Made by a program: the position numbers and the translations under genes
Shown here: piece by piece, positions 56,817-64,000 of the stretch
Position numbering within the stretch: position 1 is the stretch's first letter
Layout of the letters: each line of letters starts with the position of its first letter
Origin: Bacteroidales bacterium
GTDB taxonomy: Bacteria > Bacteroidota > Bacteroidia > Bacteroidales > WRLA01
Direction: 5' to 3'
NCBI GenBank assembly: GCA_031254805.1
Contig: JAIRTP010000049.1
Location: 23,361 to 87,360 of the forward strand
Length of the DNA stretch: 64,000 nt
The notes under the pieces: model-generated
What the model was told of the DNA's origin: nothing
Databases searched by the model: none
What the model saw: the letters and a program-made list of their open reading frames with translations, nothing else

Positions 56817-58604
56817 ATGAAAAGAATACGTAATTTTTGCATAATTGCTCATATAGATCATGGTAAGAGCACATTGGCAGACAGGCTTTTACAGATGACG
56901 AATACTGTTTCGGAACGGGATATTCAAGATCAAGTTTTGGACGATATGGATTTGGAGCGCGAGCGCGGCATTACAATAAAAAGCCATGCCATTCAGATGA
57001 TGTATCGTCGCGACGGGGAAGATTATGTCTTGAATTTAATTGATACGCCCGGTCATGTTGACTTTTCTTATGAAGTGTCGCGTTCTATCGCCGCCTGCGA
57101 AGGCGCTCTTTTGGTCGTTGACGCCACGCAAGGTATTCAGGCGCAAACTATTTCCAATCTTTATTTGGCCATTGATAACAATTTGGAAATAATTCCCATA
57201 TTGAATAAAGTGGATGTTGAAAGCGCGATGATCGACGAGGTAAAAGATCAAATAATTGATCTATTGGGCGTTAGGGAGGACGAGATCATTTTGGCAAGCG
57301 GTAGAACGGGTTTTGGCGTCGATGAAATATTAGACGCCGTTGTAGATCGTATTCCAGCGCCGAAAGGCGATCCGGACGAGCCGTTGCAAGCGTTGATATT
57401 TGATTCTGTTTTTAACTCTTTCAGGGGAATTATCGCTTATTTTCGAATTGTCAACGGCTCTTTGAAAAGAGGCGATCATGTCAAATTTGTGAATACAAAG
57501 AAGGAATATTTTGCAGATGAGATCGGTATCTTGAAGATGAATCTGGAACCGCGTAATGAGTTAAGCGCCGGAGATGTCGGTTACATTATTTCAGGGATAA
57601 AACAGGCCAAAGAGGTTAAAGTCGGCGACACTATTACGCATGTGCAAAATTCTACAAAAGAGGCTATTAAAGGATTTGAGGATGTTAAACCGATGGTTTT
57701 TGCCGGAATTTATCCGGTCGACGCTTCCGACTATGAGGATTTGCGCGCTTCTATAGAAAAGTTGCAGTTGAACGATGCTTCTTTGACGTTTGAGCCGGAA
57801 TCTTCCATGGCGTTAGGCTTTGGATTTCGTTGCGGATTTTTGGGATTGCTTCACATGGAAATCGTTCAAGAGCGATTAGATAGGGAATTTGATATGGATG
57901 TTATCACCACCGTTCCAAACGTTTCTTTTAAAGCGTATACCAAAAAAGGGACGACGGTAGAGGTTCACAATCCTTCCGGGATGCCTGATCCGGCTATTCT
58001 TGATTACATTGAAGAGCCTTATATCACCGCTACGATTATTACCGTGACCAATTATATCGGCGCAATTATGTCGCTTTGTATCGGTAAACGCGGCGAATTA
58101 AAAAAGCAAACCTATTTTTCGACAAATAGAGCGGAGATCATTTTTGAAATGCCGTTAAGCGAAATCGTATTTGATTTTTATGACAAACTGAAAAGTATTT
58201 CACGCGGTTACGCTTCGTTTGATTATGCGATGAGCGGATATAAAGAGGCTAAATTGGTGCGTTTGGATATTTTGCTGAATGGGGAAAAAGTGGACGCTTT
58301 GTCGTCGTTGATTCACGTTGATAACGCTTATAACTTAGGAAGCAAAATGTGCGAAAAATTGAAAGAGTTAATCCCGCGCCAGCAATTTGATATAGCCATT
58401 CAAGCGGCCATCGGAGCTAAGATCATCGCGCGCGAAACGGTGAAAGCGGTCCGGAAAGATGTAACGGCAAAATGCTATGGAGGCGATATTACCCGTAAAC
58501 GGAAATTGTTGGAAAAACAGAAAAAAGGGAAAAAACGAATGCGGCAAATAGGCAATGTTCAAGTGCCGCAACAAGCTTTTTTGGCAGTTTTGAAGTTGGA
58601 TTAA
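56817..58604 (+). CDS. lepA: Translation elongation factor 4 (LepA)
   Basis: Matching segments are [29 protein letters not shown] and NKVD. The LepA-specific C-terminal domain is present. Confidence 0.95.
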   Translation: MKRIRNFCIIAHIDHGKSTLADRLLQMTNTVSERDIQDQVLDDMDLERERGITIKSHAIQMMYRRDGEDYVLNLIDTPGHVDFSYEVSRSIAACEGALLVVDATQGIQAQTISNLYLAIDNNLEIIPILNKVDVESAMIDEVKDQIIDLLGVREDEIILASGRTGFGVDEILDAVVDRIPAPKGDPDEPLQALIFDSVFNSFRGIIAYFRIVNGSLKRGDHVKFVNTKKEYFADEIGILKMNLEPRNELSAGDVGYIISGIKQAKEVKVGDTITHVQNSTKEAIKGFEDVKPMVFAGIYPVDASDYEDLRASIEKLQLNDASLTFEPESSMALGFGFRCGFLGLLHMEIVQERLDREFDMDVITTVPNVSFKAYTKKGTTVEVHNPSGMPDPAILDYIEEPYITATIITVTNYIGAIMSLCIGKRGELKKQTYFSTNRAEIIFEMPLSEIVFDFYDKLKSISRGYASFDYAMSGYKEAKLVRLDILLNGEKVDALSSLIHVDNAYNLGSKMCEKLKELIPRQQFDIAIQAAIGAKIIARETVKAVRKDVTAKCYGGDITRKRKLLEKQKKGKKRMRQIGNVQVPQQAFLAVLKLD

Positions 58605-58616
58605 AATCATTGTAAA

Positions 58617-59738
58617 ATGTCGATCGTCGTTCGAGAAATCCTTACCGATTCCGATAGAAAAGCGTTTGTTAATCTGCCGTATAGATTGTATAGAAATAAT
58701 CCATATTGGGTTCCGCCTTTGAAAAAAGGAGAGCTAAAAATGCTTACTCCGGAAGAAAATCCGGCATTTGAATTTTGCGACGTCGCCTTTTGGATTGCTG
58801 AAAAAAACGGAAAGGTTGTCGGGCGCATCGGAGCGATTATTCATCATCTTGCGAATAAAAAAACAGGCAAGAAAATGGGACGATTTACCCGTTTTGAGTT
58901 GATTGATGATGAAAATGTCGCCGACGCTCTTATTAATACCGCCGAAGCGTGGATAAAAAATAAAGGGATGGAAGGCATTCACGGTCCCTTGGGTTTTTCT
59001 AATTTGGATCACCAAGCCGTTTTGATCGAAGGATTTGATCATATTGCGTCTATGGCGTCGGAATATCATCATGAATATTACCATAAACATATTGAACGAC
59101 GCGGTTATGTGAAGGAAGAAGATTGGCTGGAATTTAGGATTACGCTGCCGGAAACCATTCCTGATAAGGTAAAGCGGGTTTCTCAAATTGTTAAAGAACG
59201 ACACGGTTTTCAAACGGTCCATTTTACTTCTAAGAGAGAGATGGAACCTTATATTCCTAAAATATTTGATATTTTCAACGAAGCGTTCGAGGGATTATTC
59301 AGTACTTTCCGTTTTAATGAAAAAATAGTTAAAAGCATCATTGACAAATATATGCCTATTTTAAAGCCAGAATTTGTCAATGTTTTTTTAGATGGAAAAG
59401 ATGAGACGGTCGGTTTTATCATTGCCGCTCCGTCCTTATCCAAAGCTTTGCAAAAAGCAAGAGGGAAATTGTTTCCGTTTGGCTTTATTCCGATACAAAA
59501 AGCGATGAAACATCCTGAGGAGGTTGATCTATTACTTACCGGCGTCAAAGCCGAGTATGCCAGCCAAGGACTTCCTGCGCTGATGATGGGTAATTTGTAT
59601 CAAAAATTTATCGATAACGGCGTTAAATGGGTCGAGACGACCGGAATGCAAGAGAGCAACCACGTGGCCATCCAAAGTTGGAAATCATGGAATCATATTC
59701 AGCATAAAAGAAAACGCTGTTATCAAAAGATGTTTTAG
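58617..59738 (+). CDS. Conserved hypothetical protein, probable GNAT-fold acyltransferase
   Basis: 373 aa. The N-terminus FVNLPYRLYRNNPYWVPPL...NPAFEFCDVAFWIAEKNGKVVGRIGAII resembles a conserved Bacteroidota family that I recall being annotated as GNAT. Confidence 0.45.
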   Translation: MSIVVREILTDSDRKAFVNLPYRLYRNNPYWVPPLKKGELKMLTPEENPAFEFCDVAFWIAEKNGKVVGRIGAIIHHLANKKTGKKMGRFTRFELIDDENVADALINTAEAWIKNKGMEGIHGPLGFSNLDHQAVLIEGFDHIASMASEYHHEYYHKHIERRGYVKEEDWLEFRITLPETIPDKVKRVSQIVKERHGFQTVHFTSKREMEPYIPKIFDIFNEAFEGLFSTFRFNEKIVKSIIDKYMPILKPEFVNVFLDGKDETVGFIIAAPSLSKALQKARGKLFPFGFIPIQKAMKHPEEVDLLLTGVKAEYASQGLPALMMGNLYQKFIDNGVKWVETTGMQESNHVAIQSWKSWNHIQHKRKRCYQKMF

Positions 59739-59740
59739 CC

Positions 59741-59769
59741 AAAAATAAGAGTCAGGGAAACTTATTTTT
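59741..59769. terminator. Possible bidirectional terminator between the convergent 58617 gene and pgk
   Basis: aaaaataag / cttattttt forms a 9-bp stem with an 11-nt loop. The stems themselves supply A/T runs on both strands. Confidence 0.4.
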
Positions 59770-59797
59770 GAAATATTACCATGAGGAAACAGCCATT

Positions 59798-61060
59798 TTA
59801 ATCCTTTTCAATCGCTGCAATGCCGGGCAAAGTTTTTCCTTCGATAAACTCTATCATAGCTCCTCCGCCGGTCGACACGTAACTGACCTGATCTTTCAAA
59901 TTATATTTATTGATAGCGGCGACGCTGTCGCCTCCTCCAATGAGTGAAAAAGCTCCTTTTTGAGTAGCTCGAACGATCGCTTCAGCAACGGATTTTGTGC
60001 CTTTCTCAAAATTAGACATTTCAAAAACGCCCATCGGTCCATTCCAAAGAATTGTTTTGGCGTTTTCTATCACTTCTGAGAAATCTTTTATCGCTTTTAG
60101 ACCGATATCCATCCCCAACCAATCGTCAGGAATATCATCGCTTGGAGATTCTTTACGGTCGGCGTTATTATCAAATTTATCGGCAATAATAGCGTCGCTC
60201 GCAAAATGAAGTTGAACGCTCGCTTTTTTTGCTTTTTCGATTATCTCTCTTGCGACGAATAGGGATTCTTCCTCGCAAAGAGAGTTCCCTATTTTTCCTC
60301 CCATAGCTTTGATGAACGTAAATTGCATTCCGCCGCCGATAATGATAGCGTCCACTTTATTGAGCATATTTTCTAATGCTGCGATTTTATCGGAAACTTT
60401 TGCTCCTCCGATGATAAAAAGAAACGGACGTGTCGGATGATTCAACACTTTATTCAAATTAGACGCTTCGTTAGCCATGACATAGCCGAACATTTTATGT
60501 TGCGCGTCAAAGAAATCGGCAATGATTGCCGTAGAAGCATGCGCGCGGTGCGCCGTTCCGAAAGCGTCGTTCACATAGACGTCGGCATAGTTTGCTAATT
60601 GTCTGGCAAATTCCCGTTGTCTTTCCTTTATTTCCTTTTTAGCAAGCGCTTTTTCTTCTTCGGTAGCAGTTTCCGAAAGACGCGCTTTTCCCTCTTCTTC
60701 GGCATAAAATCGAAGATTTTCGAGCAATAATACTTCTCCGGGCATGAGATTTTTCGACATCATTTGCGCCGAAACTCCCATGCAATCATGCGCAAAGCAT
60801 ATGGGAATTCTTAAAACGAGACTTAAATAAAGAACAACCGGTTTTAATGAATATTTTTCATCGGGATTTTTCTTGGGACGACCGAGGTGCGACATCAAAA
60901 TGACAGAACCTCCATCGTTTAATATCTTTTTAATGGTCGGTATTGCCGCATCAATTCGCGCCGTGTCTGTAATTTCTTTCTGATCGTTTAACGGAACGTT
61001 AAAGTCTACTCGAACGATCGCTTTTTTATCTTTAAAATTAAAATCGTCAATAGTTTTCAT
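59798..61060 (-). CDS. pgk: Phosphoglycerate kinase
   Basis: 420 aa. Matching segments are [15 protein letters not shown] and GGGDS. Confidence 0.95.
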   Translation of the reverse strand: MKTIDDFNFKDKKAIVRVDFNVPLNDQKEITDTARIDAAIPTIKKILNDGGSVILMSHLGRPKKNPDEKYSLKPVVLYLSLVLRIPICFAHDCMGVSAQMMSKNLMPGEVLLLENLRFYAEEEGKARLSETATEEEKALAKKEIKERQREFARQLANYADVYVNDAFGTAHRAHASTAIIADFFDAQHKMFGYVMANEASNLNKVLNHPTRPFLFIIGGAKVSDKIAALENMLNKVDAIIIGGGMQFTFIKAMGGKIGNSLCEEESLFVAREIIEKAKKASVQLHFASDAIIADKFDNNADRKESPSDDIPDDWLGMDIGLKAIKDFSEVIENAKTILWNGPMGVFEMSNFEKGTKSVAEAIVRATQKGAFSLIGGGDSVAAINKYNLKDQVSYVSTGGGAMIEFIEGKTLPGIAAIEKD

Positions 61061-61253
61061 CCTATTATGTATTACAAGTTTTTATCGTTTTATCAAAATT
61101 GCCTGCTACGCAGTATTATTTTTTCTTTTGGTATACCCTTTGTTTTCTTCAATTATCAATAACTTTCTGCATATTGAGTCCGACGCTTTCAGTTGCATGG
61201 CAAAAAAACTTTCAAGATGGCGTTTTTCAGTTCATTTGATATCAACTTGTCGA

Positions 61254-64000
61254 CTATGATTTTCCATGACAATGTTTAAACTTTTTACCGCTGCCGCAAG
61301 GACAAAGTTCATTTCTGCCTACAGTTTTTTCTACTTTTATAGGTTGATGCTGACGTTGATCTTGTTGCGTATCGCTATGCGCTTGCGACAACATATCTTT
61401 GCGCTCCATTTTCGCTTGCTGTTTATTGACTTGACGAACGGAGGCTTCGCCTGCGGTTTGAATATTGGGTAAATCGCAACGTAATAGAAACGTAACAATC
61501 TCTTTGTTAACTGTCTGAATCATGTTTTTGAACAATCCGAAAGACTCTAACTTATAGATCACCAAGGGATCTTTTTGTTCGTAAGAAGCATTTTGAACGG
61601 ATTGTTTCAAATCGTCCATTTCCCGAAGATGCTCTTTCCAAGAGTCGTCGATGATCGCAAGCGATACGCTTTTTTCCATCGCCATAGGTATTTCCAATTT
61701 ATTGTCATACGCTTTAGCAAGGTTGGCGATGACCGGATATTGTTTTTTCCCGTAGACAAAAGGAATTAAAATATTTTCGTATTGTTTTTGATTTTCAAAA
61801 ACATGCTTGATCAACGGATGCGCGCGGTCTGCGATACTGTTGCGTTTTTTCAGATATTCCTGATAAACAACGTCAAATAATCTATCGGTAAGAATGTGAA
61901 CTTTTCCGTCTAAAAATTCTTTTTCATCAAAGGGCGATTCAATAGCCAAAGATGATAATAATGAATATTTAACCCCTTCGTAATCGCGATTCTGCAAATT
62001 TTCGCTGATCAAATTTTCACATACGTCGTAGATCATATTTTGAAGATCAAGCGCTAATCGCTCGCCAAAAAGTGCATGTTGACGCCGTTTGTAGATCACA
62101 TCGCGTTGCGAGTTCATAACGTCGTCATATTCCAACAACCGCTTACGAATACCGAAGTTATTCTCTTCTACCTTTTTTTGGGCTCTTTCGATAGATTTTG
62201 AGATCATCGGATGCTGGATCATTTCCCCCTCTTTCAATCCTAATCTATCCATAATACCGGCAATACGCTCCGAACCAAACATCCGCATCAGGTCGTCTTC
62301 GAGCGATACGAAAAATTGAGAACTTCCCGGATCTCCTTGACGTCCTGAACGTCCGCGCAACTGGCGGTCGACGCGACGAGAATCATGGCGTTCCGTGCCA
62401 ATGATCGCCAATCCTCCAGCTTCTTTCACGCCGACGCCGAGTTTGATATCCGTACCGCGTCCCGCCATGTTGGTCGCAATGGTAATAGCTCCGCTTTGTC
62501 CCGCTTCTGCCACAATTTCCGCCTCTTTTTGGTGCATCTTAGCATTCAAGACATTATGTTTCAATCCTTTTCGCATTAGCATCCTGCTTAATAATTCCGA
62601 ATTTTCAACGGAAGTGGTACCAACCAACACCGGACGTCCGGCATGGACAAGTTTTTCTATCCCATCAATCACTGCATTATATTTCTCTCGGGCCGTCTTA
62701 TAGACAATATCTTCTCTATCATGGCGCTGTATCGGACGGTTTGTCGGAATTACTACTACGTCCAGTTTATAGATATTCCAAAACTCTCCTGCCTCTGTTT
62801 CTGCAGTACCGGTCATCCCTGCTAACTTATTGTACATCCGAAAATAGTTTTGCAACGTAATAGTTGCATACGTTTGCGTAGCGGCTTCTACTTTTACGTT
62901 TTCCTTTGCTTCGATTGCTTGATGTAATCCGTCGGAATAACGACGGCCTTCCATAATACGTCCGGTTTTCTCATCGACAATTTTAATTTTATTATCTATG
63001 ATGACATATTCGACGTCTTTTTCAAACATTGCGTAGGCGCGTAAAAGTTGATTTACGCTATGTACGCGTTCCGACTTTATGGAAAATTCCTGCATCAATA
63101 CGCTTTTCCGTTCTGTTTTTTCTGCGTCGCTAATATTAAATTTTTCTATTTCGGCTATTTCGGAGCCAACATCCGGCAAATGGTAAAAATCCACGTCGCC
63201 GACCAATTCATTGACAAAATTGATCCCTTTCTCGGTAAGCTCAATAGAATTATTTTTTTCATCAATAACGAAATAAAGCTCGTCGTTAATGATGTACATA
63301 TCTTTTGCTTGATTTTGAAGATAAAAATTTTCAGTTTTTTGAAGCAGGCTCCGTTTCCCGGGTTCACTTAAAAACTTAATCAACGGTTTCGTCTTGGGCA
63401 AACCATGATGCGCGCGTAACAATAATATTCCGCCTTGTTTTTCATCTTCATTGCTGACGTTTTCATCTTTCAGAATATTTTTCGCATCTGCCAATAATTT
63501 GGTCACTAAATTTTTTTGAACGGTATAAAGTTTTTCGACAATCGGTTTATAATTGTCAAACTCTTGTTCATCGCCTTTGGCGGTAGGTCCGGATATGATC
63601 AACGGCGTACGCGCTTCATCGATCAATACGGAGTCAACCTCGTCGACAATGGCGTAATTATGTTTTCGTTGCACCATTTCATCGGGGTCGCTGGTCATGT
63701 TATCGCGTAAATAGTCGAACCCAAATTCGTTATTGGTTCCGTATGTAATGTCCGCTTTGTATGCATTACGCCGCTCGACGCTATTGGGACGATGTTTGTC
63801 GATGCAATCTGTTCTTAATCCGTGGAATTGATATAGCATTCCCATCCATTCGGAGTCCCTTTTTGCCAAATAATCATTGACGGTAACAATATGAACCCCT
63901 TTTCCCGGCAACGCATTCAGATAGACCGGCAAAGTAGCGACCAGCGTTTTTCCTTCTCCCGTAGCCATCTCGGCAATTTTTCCTTCGTGAAGTACAACGC
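61254..64000 (-). CDS. secA: Preprotein translocase ATPase SecA (N-terminus lies beyond the window end)
   Basis: The frame is open to the window edge. It has the Walker A segment [14 protein letters not shown], the DEAD-like segment [19 protein letters not shown], and the C-terminal zinc finger [14 protein letters not shown]. Confidence 0.95.
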   Translation of the reverse strand, partial: VVLHEGKIAEMATGEGKTLVATLPVYLNALPGKGVHIVTVNDYLAKRDSEWMGMLYQFHGLRTDCIDKHRPNSVERRNAYKADITYGTNNEFGFDYLRDNMTSDPDEMVQRKHNYAIVDEVDSVLIDEARTPLIISGPTAKGDEQEFDNYKPIVEKLYTVQKNLVTKLLADAKNILKDENVSNEDEKQGGILLLRAHHGLPKTKPLIKFLSEPGKRSLLQKTENFYLQNQAKDMYIINDELYFVIDEKNNSIELTEKGINFVNELVGDVDFYHLPDVGSEIAEIEKFNISDAEKTERKSVLMQEFSIKSERVHSVNQLLRAYAMFEKDVEYVIIDNKIKIVDEKTGRIMEGRRYSDGLHQAIEAKENVKVEAATQTYATITLQNYFRMYNKLAGMTGTAETEAGEFWNIYKLDVVVIPTNRPIQRHDREDIVYKTAREKYNAVIDGIEKLVHAGRPVLVGTTSVENSELLSRMLMRKGLKHNVLNAKMHQKEAEIVAEAGQSGAITIATNMAGRGTDIKLGVGVKEAGGLAIIGTERHDSRRVDRQLRGRSGRQGDPGSSQFFVSLEDDLMRMFGSERIAGIMDRLGLKEGEMIQHPMISKSIERAQKKVEENNFGIRKRLLEYDDVMNSQRDVIYKRRQHALFGERLALDLQNMIYDVCENLISENLQNRDYEGVKYSLLSSLAIESPFDEKEFLDGKVHILTDRLFDVVYQEYLKKRNSIADRAHPLIKHVFENQKQYENILIPFVYGKKQYPVIANLAKAYDNKLEIPMAMEKSVSLAIIDDSWKEHLREMDDLKQSVQNASYEQKDPLVIYKLESFGLFKNMIQTVNKEIVTFLLRCDLPNIQTAGEASVRQVNKQQAKMERKDMLSQAHSDTQQDQRQHQPIKVEKTVGRNELCPCGSGKKFKHCHGKS

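Noticed and set aside
58734-59222. A 162-aa minus-strand ORF lies inside the GNAT-like gene.
   Set aside because: It is antisense to a gene with a conserved N-terminal family signature and has no motif, so it is a shadow ORF.
1-64000. I searched for CRISPR arrays, tRNA and rRNA genes.
   Set aside because: I saw no regularly spaced short direct repeats. No intergenic segment had cloverleaf-like or rRNA-like sequence by eye. A tRNAscan or Infernal run would be needed to be certain.

Overview
This 64-kb window looks like a chromosomal segment of an AT-rich Bacteroidota (Bacteroidales-like) genome. The lineage call rests on three things. Many genes have a TAnnTTTG -7 promoter box. There is an ECF-sigma/FecR/STN module. 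There is also a CarboxypepD_reg-type TonB-dependent receptor paired with a DUF4249 gene, plus DUF4175- and DUF5106-like proteins. Most of the window is housekeeping: cbpA-like, ffh, folD, queE, rpsT, tadA, pyrE, coaD, gmhB, gmhA, dusB, mnmG, ybeY, rnc, fabF, acpP, nadA, rpiB, lepA, pgk and a 5'-truncated secA. An RND efflux pair, a MATE pump, SDRs and thioredoxin-fold lipoproteins are also present. I saw no rRNA, tRNA or CRISPR array. The parts worth a second look are: (1) a translationally coupled HipA-like kinase + DUF3037 pair; (2) an ECF sigma/FecR unit whose third gene has the STN signalling domain but carries a tandem-repeat surface-protein body instead of a TonB-dependent barrel; (3) an LPS-core-type glycosylation locus containing a nucleotidyltransferase-PLP enzyme fusion, an ornithine-cyclodeaminase-family enzyme and LicD, which suggests an unusual phospho-head-group decoration; (4) a Tat-exported DUF362 protein next to a membrane polyferredoxin; (5) a 20-nt palindromic core that recurs on both sides of mnmG; (6) a TonB-receptor/DUF4249 gene pair with both genes broken, one by a frameshift plus an in-frame TAG; (7) an IS5-like transposase remnant; (8) a 163-bp near-perfect direct duplication of a gene's 3' end that brackets a 139-bp insert with 13-bp terminal inverted repeats. 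All product calls come from reading the translated ORFs and recalling family motifs. No database search was run.
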